From assembly GCF_000281045.1 (NCBI RefSeq), contig NW_008246086.1:174513-216537 (forward strand): a DNA stretch of 42,025 bases, written 5' to 3'. Positions within the stretch are counted from its first letter, which is position 1. Each line of letters starts with the position of its first letter. This DNA is from Saprolegnia diclina VS20 (Eukaryota). Of the stretch, positions 1 to 11,389 are shown piece after piece. The translations under genes and the position numbers were made by a program. The notes beneath the pieces are model-generated. The model was not told the DNA's origin, searched no databases, and worked only from the letters and a program-made list of their open reading frames with translations.

Positions 1-54
1 CTGCTTGTCTCCCGTCGCATAGTATGGAAGGAAACAACATGCTCTGTTTAAGGC

Positions 55-536
55 TTATGGCGTCGCATGCCAGCTACACACGAGACAGAGAACATGGGCG
101 TGCTCTGGGATCTCGTAACGTAAGGCCTGGACAAGCAGGCGAGCGTCGAGGGTCTCGACTCGGAGCGCAACAAGCCAAGTGATTGCGTGGTCAATGGCTC
201 GGTGAGCACACTCGATCACTGGTCGTTGCGTCACCGTGAATGGAGCCTGGAAGCCATTCGGCTCAAGTCCGCGGAGCTTTTCGATCGCAGCCATCGCCGC
301 AGTCGTGTCGGCCGGAACATACCCGAGGAAGCCGATCACATCGCCCAGGACGGTGCCAAACTGCGTTCGTGGAGTCGTGCGCATCTTGCTACTCAATGCC
401 ACACATGCGTGACAGGTCCCGCGCAAAAGCAAACGTACCATGGCTCTTCTTCGTTCGTTCGCGACTGCTTGCGCTTGCCACTGCGAAGCGGTTCGTCTTG
501 AGCCTTCCGTGCAAGCGTCTTGGTCGAGCCCCCCAT
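55..536 (-). CDS. Small orphan protein, paralog A (2 exons, intron 389-438)
   Basis: ATG at 536 gives MGGSTKTLARKAQDEPLRSGKRK; a GT-AG intron joins it in frame to KMRTTPRTQFGTVLGDV...HAHVLCLVCSWHATP*. Same start and intron position as the paralog at 1881-2379. Confidence 0.6.
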
Positions 537-573
537 CGATCGGATTATTCAAGGAGCTTTGGTAGCAAAGAGG

Positions 574-673
574 NNNNNNNNNNNNNNNNNNNNNNNNNNN
601 NNNNNNNNNNNNNNNNNNNNNNNNNNNNNNNNNNNNNNNNNNNNNNNNNNNNNNNNNNNNNNNNNNNNNNNNN
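574..673. other. Assembly gap (100 N, probably of unknown true size)
   Basis: Run of N. Confidence 0.95.
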
Positions 674-774
674 TGCCGGCGACGCCCGCGCCGACGATCG
701 CGTCCTTGGATGCGTCGGATGAAAATGACAAGATGATCCCCGGCATGCAACACGGCCGGCGCTACCAGCCCTGA
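674..774 (+). CDS. Possible 3' end of a gene lost in the gap (PATPAPTIASLDASDENDKMIPGMQHGRRYQP*)
   Basis: Coding-like GC-rich codons running out of the gap to a TGA, followed by AT-richer sequence. Confidence 0.3.
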
Positions 775-1880
775 GGAACGGGCCGCGTAGACGCTTAACT
801 TAAATATTAGCCCTCGTCACAATGCTAGCTCTGCCGCGTAGCCCTCTGGTCATGTGATGGAAGATCACTGTTCTTTGCAGTGTGATCACTGTAGCTTGTC
901 TGCGGTGACAAGGGCCAATGAATGACCTCGATGTCGTCGAGGGTCTCGCTGCAGCCTTTGAGATGTCTCCTACAGATATATACACAAGGCAGAGACTCCA
1001 GTTCCCGTGTCTACTAGCTTACGACCCGTTGAACCTCTGTCCATCACTAGCCACTTGCTGTGGACCGATGAAACTAATCCCCACGTTTTCCAATACATTT
1101 GGCATTTTGGCCAGGCAGGCGTGAGGCTTGCAGATCCAAATCTGAATTTTTGTAGCCTTTTCAAATCGCTGTGGTATTTTCAGGGGCGCTTTCTCCTGCT
1201 CGAGAGAGCCTGTATGCTGACGCACGTGGCTATCAACGGTCTGCAAGTCAATTTTGAAAATCGTAAACAAATTGTTGTGTTATTCCCCTGCCTGGTTATT
1301 CCAACATAAATTATCTAAATATTCAGCGCCAGCCAATACATGGCGCTTTGAGCCTTCATAATTCTAGAGCCGACATCGTCGTCATCGTCGCGACGTGTAC
1401 CCGCACGTGCTCTGCTGCGTGGTGTCCCGTCCATCAAAACACCCGACAGGTGCCATCGTTGCATTTTGATGTACATAGCACTCGTCAGTCATCCTGTATT
1501 ACTACATAGGCTGGGATCTCTTGCCGCACATGGCTACCACTGCAGCCATCTATCAAGGTATCAGAACATCGATAGCGCGACATGGGTGCTTCAGTTGCAT
1601 GTGATTGGCTGTCATCTTGAAGTTCGTAGATTTAAAAGCAGTATATCAGCGCAATAATAATGTGTTCTGGGTAATCTATATAGTCTAATGTATGCAAAAC
1701 TGGTCGGTTTTAAAATATGACAGAAATAAATTTCTAATATCAAAATAGCGAGTGGTTCACAGCGGCCCAGGTGCTGCGGACGACGCTGTCACGAGGTCGA
1801 GGCGTGGAATGGCGCGCTGCGAGTCTCCCTCCATCACGTCACACTCGGCTTCGTAAAGGACGATACATATTCTGTTATAG

Positions 1881-2379
1881 TTACGGCGTTGCGTGCCAGC
1901 TACACGAGGCACCACCCATGGTCGTGCTCCGGGATCTCGCGACGCAGCTCCACGATCGCACGGAGGGCGCCGAGGTTCTCGACTGGAAGCGACGAAATCC
2001 AAGTCACCGCATGATCGAGTGCTTCGTGGGCGCACTGGATCGCTGGTCGTACAGCCACAGTCGACGAAACCTGGAAGTCATGCGGCTCAAGTGCGCGGAG
2101 CTTTTGAATCTCAGCAATCGCAGCAGCCGCAGGAGCGCCCGGCGGGAGAAGCTCGAGGAAGCGAAGCGCATCGTCCAGGACGGAGGCAAACGGCGATGGT
2201 AAAATGAACCAGCTAGTCAAAACGAGGCGTTACAGTCCGCGCACGAAGGAAGTGTACGAGTACCATGCCATTTCTTCGACCGTTAGCACTTCTTCGTCCG
2301 TTAGCAGCCGCTTGCGCTTGCTGCTACTCTGCGGTTCGTCTTGAGCCTTCCGTGCAAGCGTCTTGGTCGAGCCCCCCAT
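1881..2379 (-). CDS. Small orphan protein, paralog B (2 exons, intron 2213-2263); a 2-bp deletion gives an early stop at 1900
   Basis: MGGSTKTLARKAQDEPQSSSKRKR exon spliced in frame to WFILPSPFASVLDDAL...EHDHGWCLV*. The ancestral SWHATP* tail is still present out of frame down to 1881. Confidence 0.55.
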
Positions 2380-2958
2380 CGATCAGATTATTCAAGGAGC
2401 TTTGGCAGCTAGGAGGTCAATTCGAAAGTGGCGATCGCTGCAGACAGACTACCGGTATCTTGAATCGTATAGCCTCTCAAAGATTGTACTGCATTATTTC
2501 ACACAGGACCTCCAGTATTTCCATGTGCATTGCCTTGATGGGAGATGTTGCGGGTGTACACGTCAAGTGCAGCAGCCGTGTATTGCATAGCTTTGCATAC
2601 AATAAGCAATTTGCAAACGAGGGTCGAAGCCGCTCCTACCGGTACTGCTGATGGCATTGCAGCAGTTCAGTATTGGCACTCGCTTCGATCCCTGCCACCC
2701 CAAGGTGATCCACCTGTAAACGCTTGCATCGCACATAGCCTGAATAGCTCGATACAAAGCTTCTTGTTGCCCAAGGCTACGGGTGGCGCCTCGTTCCTGA
2801 CACGCTGGCTCGCTACTAGTACTCGTCCTGTTGAAAGCAACATGGCGTGTGGCCTCAAAATCGGCACAGGGTGCCGATTTAAAACCCGAATTGTGGGCAT
2901 ATGCCACCATCTATGCCGAAAATAAAATCGCTGCGCGTGACTGGTGCATTGCAAGACG

Positions 2959-4657
2959 ATGTCCAACTACGCCAAGTGGGACAAGATCCTCCGGGAGCTC
3001 GAAGAGGACGAGGCCGAGACCTCGACGTACGGCGAGCATGCTGCATTGGCGCCTTCATGAGCGCATGGCGTAGGTTGGCCAAGACGGCAGCGGCGACGAC
3101 GAGCGCGCCGGCCAAGCCGCGGCTGTCGCACAAGCCCCATCAGCTGCGCGAGGTACGACGCGACCATGACCCAGCATGGGCATATTGCAGCGCTAGGACA
3201 TGCGCGAGACGTCGGAGCGTATCCACGCCCTTGAGAAGGACCTCAAGGAGTACGATGCGCTCGCGTCCGTCCTCGACGACCTCCCAAAGAAGCTCGAGCA
3301 CGAGATCATGGTGCCCCTCGCGAAGCAAGCGTTCATTCCTGGCTCCATCATCCACTCGAACGAAATCATTGCGCACCTCGGCGGCGACCACTACGCCAAG
3401 AAGACGGCGATCGAGACGCAGGACATGATTGCGCGGCGCCAGAAGAGTACGAAGCGCGTCCTCGACTGGCGGGATGCTCATGATGAGGTAGACATTACGG
3501 GGCAGATCGACGCGCAAAAGGAGTGGCTCGCGTCGCTCCACGACAAGCTCCACGACGTCGACCACGTCCTGAAGCTCAAGAAGGTATTCCTCGCCGTGCT
3601 ATCTTGGATCGATTGCATCATTATAAAAATGTAGATTTACGAGGAAGAAAACATTCAAGAAATCAAGCAGTCGGAGGAAGAGAGCAACGCGCTCCTGCAA
3701 GCGACGGACGCCACGGACGAAGATTTTGAAGAATATTTTGAGATTGAGAATGAAGAAGCCGCCAAGGCCCAAGTGGCCGACGCCTGGAACTGGTAGGCGT
3801 CTTAGTCGCTATCCCACTCGATACCCACATGATATTCGGCGTAGGGACGAGGCCATGCAGCGCATGGAAGAGCTCGAAAAGCACGAAAGCGGTATTTTAT
3901 CCCGTCTAAAAGTATCCAAGTATCCAAGATATGACTCCGAAAGTGGATAGATCAAGCGCAGGAATCCTTCTTTGTCGACCCTAATGTCACCAAAGCCGAG
4001 GGGTTCAAGCAGCAAGGCAACGCCGCGTTTGCGTCGACCAGCTACCAGTCGGCGATGGAGTATTACTCCAAGGCCCTCGCGCTGCAGCCGTCGTCGCACG
4101 TACGTCGTTTCTTCATTCTCATATTTCTCGAAAGCGCACACCATACTCTAGACGCTGCTCGGGAACCGATCGGCGGCCTACTTTCACTTGCGCAAATTCG
4201 ACTTGGCGCTCGAAGACGCGACCAAGGCCATCTCGCTCGATGCGTCCTGGCCCAAGGTCCACTAACACTGGTAGAAACGCTTCTCTCATGCTGCCTCGTA
4301 GGGCCACTTTCGCCGCGGCCAGGCGCTCGGCGAGCTCGGGCGCTTTGACGAAGCGGCGGCGGCGTTCGAGAAGGCGCTGGCGCTCAAGCCGACCGACAAG
4401 TCGAGTGCGGCCCAAGCCACGACCATGCGCGCCAAGGCCAAAGCGAAAGAAGATGCCGAGAACCTTCGCGTGTCCAGCAACTCGAGTGTCTTTTCCGGGC
4501 GTGTGCTCGAGCGCGGCACCGAGCCGGCAGCGCCCGCACCCGAGACGACCCCCGTGGTACAAGATGGAGCCAAGTGCGCTCTTCTGACATGGCGTAGGTG
4601 GCGCCGAAGCGTGTCTCGCGCTTCAAGGCCATGCGCCAAGGCCAGTCGTTCGAGTAG
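2959..4657 (+). CDS. URI1: URI1/Bud27-like unconventional prefoldin with an internal TPR domain (multi-exon)
   Basis: Alpha-prefoldin segment (LDDLPKKLEHEIMVPLAKQAFIPGSIIHSNEIIAHLGGDHY), acidic linker, three TPRs (KQQGNAAF...GNRSAAYF...GHFRRGQAL) and C-terminal URI-box-like KRVSRFKAMR; GT-AG introns throughout. Confidence 0.75.
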
Positions 4658-4736
4658 GAGCGACGATTCGACTAACTTAGTGTAGCACGGAGAGTATGTT
4701 ATACTCATTACGTGAATATAAACGGCGGTAGACGAT

Positions 4737-6333
4737 CTACCAGTCGCCAGTCGCAGCCGCTTGCGCTAGAGTCAGCATGTAAGAGATGAGTCGCAGAGAC
4801 GACGAACGACGTACTCTCGGCAAGAACCTTCTTTTGTTTGATGAGCGCGAGCTGGATCGGGTGGATGAACTTGGCGTCAAACAGCTTGGTATAGTCGGCG
4901 AAGGGCTTGACGTGCTTGGTCTCCTCTGCGTACGCACATGGCCTCTGCCTCACCATACAAAATATGATCGTACCGCCGTTGAGCTGACGTTCGAGGTCGG
5001 CCAGCGTCGGCACCGTGTCTGGGTCAAAGGTGTCAATCTTGCGCGGGTCGATGGGCACGCAGACGCGACCGGTCTTGGGGTGCACCGCGAATGGACTCTT
5101 GAGCAAATGGTTGCGCTGCTTCGAGACGTTGGCATCGAGACGCGGGTAGAGGTACGCAAACACGATCTCGGCAATGCATGTACCCAGGAGCCGGCGCTTG
5201 TCGTCGCCCAGTTGCTACAAACCCATAAGTGCAAAGTGGCTACTTGATAGATTGATACCTTGCGCTTCTTGCTCGTCAACGCCTCGTGGATCGCGGCCTT
5301 GAGACTCGCCCACTTGGTCGCCGGCGGCTCGTTCGGGTTCTTGAGCCACTTGTTGTGGAACGTCGCGCGCATGTCTAGTCGAAATGTGGTGACGCCTTTT
5401 TTCATAATTGAATTCTGGTTTACCTTCGTCGGGGACCATTTCCAGAAGTTTTTTCCAGTGCTCGGGGCTGCTCAGAATTCCTTGGCCGTCGTCGCTCAAG
5501 ATGATGTCGTGGAAGAGCGGCTCGAGGATCGTATACGCCCGTCTACACCCATGAGCCTCCGAGATAGAGAAGGACGAGCGTCGTACTCGAGCGACGGGTG
5601 CAGCGGGTCGCGGAGCACAACCTTGCGCTTTGTGTTTTCGTTGCCTTCGACGGTCGTGAGGTACTGGACGACGGCCGACCGCGCGTCGTTCGTGAGCATG
5701 CGCGCCGTGTAGTCCGAGACCCAGCAATGGATACCACGCCGACCCGAGTAGACCCACATGAGGTGCTGGAAGCCAAAGTCCTCTATCGCCATGGTCATCA
5801 TTGGACAGGCGTCAACGGATGATGCGAGGGTACCGCGGAGGGCGGTGTCGAGCACCTTGACCGCAGCGACCATGAAGCGCCAGCAGCGCGCGCAGATCTT
5901 AGCGTCCTGGCAGCACGTACGCACGTCGTCGTAGTCGGTCAAATCGACATCAAAGACAAGCTCGCGCTCTTCCGGCACAAACTTGGAGGCGTCGACCTTG
6001 CCCTTGTCCGCAGGCTGCAACGATACTTAGCCGTCGATAGCCCATGTAAGAGAGACGTACCGAGACAGTAAAGACAGCGCCAATGTCAATCTTGAACGGC
6101 ATGAGCTTCTTCATCTCGGCCTTGAACTCGTCGGCGTCGCGGAAGGCCTTGTAGCGGATGTACACGTCGTTCTCGAGCGTGAACGAAAACTCGCGCCGAG
6201 AGAGGAGCTCCGTGCCGGGCCCGCCCTTGTCCATGCTGCAGTCGTACCCGAGCCACTTGGTCATGAGCTCGTACGGGAAGAGCCGGTCGTAGTAGAGACC
6301 GAGGAGCTCGGGCGAGAACGACTCGTTGACCAT
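4737..6333 (-). CDS. PRIM1: DNA primase small (catalytic) subunit, multi-exon
   Basis: RREFSFTL, KIDIGAV, ERELVFDVDLTDYDDVRTCC, WVYSGRRGIHCWV, YPRLDANVSKQRNHLLKSPFAVHPKTGRVCVPID. Confidence 0.95.
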
Positions 6334-6714
6334 CGCGGCAAGTGCTGCGGAGCAAAATGGAACCGACCAATGCGCGGCAAACCCTAAGTACGCTTTTTAT
6401 CATTCGATATTTGTATGGGCTCTGTAAAGTACGCTCTGCTATAATCGAACTTAATAAAGCCTATACCCCATGCTGGCGCCAAAGCCGCGGATCGATCAAG
6501 CGGAGGACAAGTTGTACATAGCTCCTAATGTTGTACACATTGGGACTGTATGGACACGATCGACGCAGTGCAGCGTAAGTATACAAGTAGCTCTCAAGGC
6601 CCAAGTGGCTGCATTCGTCAGCCCGAACAGAGCTGCGTGGGTCGAGCACAAGGGTTAGGTAAAGGATAAAGCCATCATATACTAACTACTACATGCACCG
6701 AGCGACGAGCCTTT

Positions 6715-8371
6715 CTAGTCGAGGGTCATGTCGACGTTCTCATCGTCCTTGCCTTTTTGATCCTACAGACACGTTGCATGAGCTCCATCGTCGCCAGCGA
6801 GGAGAGATGATGGATGACGCACCTTGTCGTGTGCATAAAACTCAGCCTCGTGCGCGCGCTTGGTGCTCTCGTGGTCTGTGCGCGCGTCGGCGTCGGCGGC
6901 GTCTTCGTCTTCTTCGCGGACAATGTAGTCGGGCGGCACAGCTTGCATCTGGACGCTCGGTGCGCCGTTGAGCATGCGCAGATGCTCGAATATCTTGACT
7001 CTACATCCACATACGATCAACATCTAAATCTCAATCCTCAGTGTACTTGATGTCTTCGAGGTACGTCCGTGAGTTGCAGTTCTCGAGCTCCGGGTTCGGG
7101 TCCAAGTGGAGCTTGAACGAGGGGGCGTAGTACTCGAAATACTCGTTGAACGGAATGTCGTTGCTCACTTGCTCTTCGAGGACGACCGAGGTCTCGTACG
7201 CCCACGCTCGGCTCACGTTGCGGATCGTGTAGCCGCCGCCGCCGAGCACGAGCGTGGGCAGCCCAAAGCTCTTGACGAACCGGACGCACTCGCCGTGGCC
7301 CTTGACTGTCAGATTGAAGCAGCCAAGTCGGTCGCCTGTGAGCGAGTCGGCGCCGCACTGCAGCACGACGGCGCCCGGTCGAAACGACTCCATGACCTTT
7401 TCGATCACGGGCTTGAAGATTGAGAGGTACGACTCGTCGTCAATGCCTGATTTCAGCGGGACGTTCACCGCGTAGTACTTGCCAGCCTTGGCGCCCACGT
7501 CCTTGATGTCGCCCGTGCCGGGGAAGAAGTCGCCATACTATATTCGCATGTCCTAAGCTTCAGATGCATGATGATGAGGGGTGTACCTTGTGGAAGGAGA
7601 CGGTCATGACGCGGTCTGTGACGTAAAACGCTTCTTCGACACCGTCGCCGTGATGGACGTCAATATCAATGTACAGCACGCGCGGGTGGTACTTGAGGAG
7701 CTCGAGGATACCGAGCACGATGTCGTTGACGTAGCAAAAGCCGGACGCCTCCGACTTCTTCGCATGGTGCAGCCCGCCGGCCCAGTTGATGCACACGTCG
7801 CTGAGCCCTTGGTTGAGGCGGTACGCCGCATCTAACGAGCAACAAACAATGACTCCACGATACATGATGCAAGCCGACGACGTACCAAGCGAGCCGCCCG
7901 AGTAGATCTGGCAAAAGTTGAAGATGCCATCAAAGACCGGGCAGTCGGTGAACTCGCCGACGTTGACTAGATCGATGGCGTGAGATCCACGAGAGCGCAG
8001 TGCTCTTCGTACATTTGTTGACGTCAGATTGGTACTGCTTTTCGTTGGCCGGGCTGATCTTCTTGAGAAAGTCGATGTAGTCGGCGGTATGGAAGGCCTT
8101 GACCTCTTCCGGCGAGGCCCAATGCGGCTCCTAATATGGCCATGAGCCATGCTTTGGCGGCCCTACACACGTACAAACACTTCCATCTTGCGGAAGAGGT
8201 CGTAGTTGAGCACGAGGTGGTGGGCCAGCTTGAGCCGATGCGGCTTCATGGGATGGCCTGGACCATAGTAGAAGTTGCCCTCTTCGGCTACATGAAGGCA
8301 GCATGAGGCGAGGGCTCGGCGCGCATGGAGCACGTACGGTGGTAGAAGTACGAGACGCGGGACTTGCCCAT
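6715..8371 (-). CDS. HDAC1: Class I histone deacetylase (RPD3/HDAC1-like), copy 1
   Basis: [76 protein letters not shown]. Confidence 0.93.
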
Positions 8372-8504
8372 GCTGCTGTTGCCCGCGACCAGCTCTGTCC
8401 GCTAAAACCAATCGGTCGCAGCTAAACCTGCGAGATCACATGTCGAAAAAATCGAATCCGAGAGGTTCTTCGCATTCAGTTGAAATAGACAGCAAGAGAC
8501 GAGC

Positions 8505-10551
8505 TTAGTCGATCGCCATGTCGACGTCGTCGGCGCCATGCGTGTCCTAGGACGAGCACCATGAGCGCGACCTCTGGGCGAAGCATGCGCAACTACCTTG
8601 TCGTTGGCGTAGAACTCGGCGCTGTGGGCGCGCCGCGTCGGGTCGTGGTCGGCGCGCGACTCCGGGTCCGTCGCGTCCTCGTCGGCTTCGCGGGCCATGT
8701 AGTCGGGTGGCACCTATACGACGGCCATACGCGTCATGGCATTGCATGTAGCGAGCGTACCGCTTGCATCTGTACGCTCGGCGCGCCCTTGAGCATGCGC
8801 AGGTGTTCAAACACCTTGATCCTAGCACCGCCATCGCATAAGCGCCACCCGTCTTCGCCGACCGATGGCCTACTTGATGTCTTCGAGATACGTGCGGCGA
8901 TTGCAGTTCTCGAGCTCCGGGTTCGGGTCCAAGTGGAGCTTGAACGAGGGGGCGTAGTACTCAAAGTACTCGTTGAACGGAATGTCGTTGCTCACTTGCT
9001 CCTCGAGGACGACCGAGGTCTCGTACGCCCANNNNNNNNNNNNNNNNNNNNNNNNNNNNNNNNNNNNNNNNNNNNNNNNNNNNNNNNNNNNNNNNNNNNN
9101 NNNNNNNNNNNNNNNNNNNNNNNNNNNNNNNNNNNNNNNNNNNNNNNNNNNNNNNNNNNNNNNNNNNNNNNNNNNNNNNNNNNNNNNNNNNNNNNNNNNN
9201 NNNNNNNNNNNNNNNNNNNNNNNNNNNNNNNNNNNNNNNNNNNNNNNNNNNNNNNNNNNNNNNNNNNNNNNNNNNNNNNNNNNNNNNNNNNNNNNNNNNN
9301 NNNNNNNNNNNNNNNNNNNNNNNNNNNNNNNNNNNNNNNNNNNNNNNNNNNNNNNNNNNNNNNNNNNNNNNNNNNNNNNNNNNNNNNNNNNNNNNNNNNN
9401 NNNNNNNNNNNNNNNNNNNNNNNNNNNNNNNNNNNNNNNNNNNNNNNNNNNNNNNNNNNNNNNNNNNNNNNNNNNNNNNNNNNNNNNNNNNNNNNNNNNN
9501 NNNNNNNNNNNNNNNNNNNNNNNNNNNNNNNNNNNNNNNNNNNNNNNNNNNNNNNNNNNNNNNNNNNNNNNNNNNNNNNNNNNNNNNNNNNNNNNNNNNN
9601 NNNNNNNNNNNNNNNNNNNNNNNNNNNNNNNNNNNNNNNNNNNNNNNNNNNNNNNNNNNNNNNNNNNNNNNNNNNNNNNNNNNNNNNNNNNNNNNNNNNN
9701 NNNNNNNNNNNNNNNNNNNNNNNNNNNNNNNCCTAAGTCCACGGACGCTCAACCGCATTCAACCTTGTGGAACGACGCCGTCATGACGCGGTCCGTGACG
9801 TAAAACGCTTCTTCGACACCGTCGCCGTGATGGACGTCAATGTCAATGTACAATACGCGGGCGTGGTACTTGAGGAGCTCGAGGATACCGAGCACAATGT
9901 CGTTGATGTAGCAAAAGCCGGACGCTTCGGCCTTCTTGGCATGGTGCAGCCCACCGGCCCAGTTGATGCAAATGTCGCTGAGGCCTTGGTTGAGGCGGTA
10001 CGCCGCATCTACGCACAGGAAGCATGATGTCGCATGAACAAGGGCGAAGGAGGACGAACGTACCCAACGAGCCGCCGGCCGAGATTTGACTAAAGTTGAA
10101 GACGCCGTCAAAGACGGGGCAGTCGGAGAACTCGCCCATGTTGTCTATATGAAGAGGTCGCATCCGAGGGAGCAAGGTCGGACATACACTTGTCGACTAG
10201 AGTCTGCATCGATTTTTCAGTCGACGGGCTCACTTTTTGAAGAAAGTCGACATAGTCGGCGGCGTGGAAGGCCTTGATTTCTTCCGCCGACGCCCAGTGC
10301 GGTTGCTACATCGGAATGTGAATAATGTGAAAGATGCGAAGACGAGAGAGACGTACAAACACTTCCATTTTGCGGAAGAGATCGTAGTTGAGTACGAGGT
10401 GGTGGGCGAGCTTGAGCCGGTGGGGCTTCATGGGGTGGCCTGGGCCGTAGTAAAAGTTGCCTTCCTCCGCTACACGTAGAGAGTATAAGGTATGGGCTTT
10501 GCATCACCAAGACGGACGGTGGTAGAAGTACGAGACGCGGGGTTTGCCCAT
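8505..10551 (-). CDS. HDAC1: Class I histone deacetylase, tandem copy 2 (central exons fall in the N gap 9032-9731)
   Basis: Same motifs and intron layout as copy 1: [56 protein letters not shown]; ends ...DDVDMAID*. Confidence 0.88.
9032..9731. other. Assembly gap (700 N) inside HDAC copy 2
   Basis: Run of N. Confidence 0.95.
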
Positions 10552-11389
10552 CGAGGAGCGACTGCGACGACCAACTGCAAACTAGAAATGGCGTCATCAC
10601 AGCTTCAATGCATTGTATCGATTTATGCAGGTCGTATTCATTATGAGAGGTTTTCGATTGCGTTCCTCGCCACTGAAGTCGGCCGTGAACATTTGACGCG
10701 TTCGAGGCTCTCAATACGACGTGAGAACGAGCGTCTTTTAGTGTGGTAAGACCAGGGAGGGTACGGGAAATATCGGCGAAATCATGATAGACAATACGAC
10801 ACGGCGACTCGGTTTTCACTCTTACAAAGAAGCCGCTGGGCAACAAGGTGCTTACAGATGGGTAAGCCATAGAGAATAGAGTGGTAAGATTTGTGCTGGT
10901 ATTGCGCCGTGGGTAGGGCTGCCAAGTAGTGCGATACAGGGAATGGCCAGTTGTGGCTCTGGGAGCATATCCGTGGGCATATCTTTGGGTATATGACCAT
11001 ATAAAGCATATGATTGGTGGCTTATGTTCGATTGGCATGCAAACGGGCCAATCAAAACGATACATGGGTGCGGCTCGGATCCAAAGGATGCGCACCGAGA
11101 ATTTGTCCCTTCAGGCTCAAAGTCGACTTGTGTCATTTTTGCTGAGGAATCTAGTAAGCTATGAGACGTGTCACCTTTGTGTTTGTTATATGATGTATAA
11201 CAATTGTTGGTGAAGCTCGCAACCTCCCTGAAAGAAGTTCGTGAGCGCTCCTGGTAAAGCCGTCGGTGGGCATGTCGCAGGGCCGCCGCCTGCAATACAT
11301 CTTCGGCTCGCATGAGCTCCGAGCTCCACGCGATGTCGACATCAAGTGACGAGCCTTGCGACCATAACAGATCGTTCACAAACAAGCCC

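Noticed and set aside
8561..9803. 265-391 aa ORFs crossing the gap
   Set aside because: Their length comes from translated Ns.
10560..11385. 292-aa and 177-aa minus-strand ORFs upstream of HDAC copy 2
   Set aside because: Low GC3, no motifs, partly out of frame over HDAC exons; treated as intergenic.
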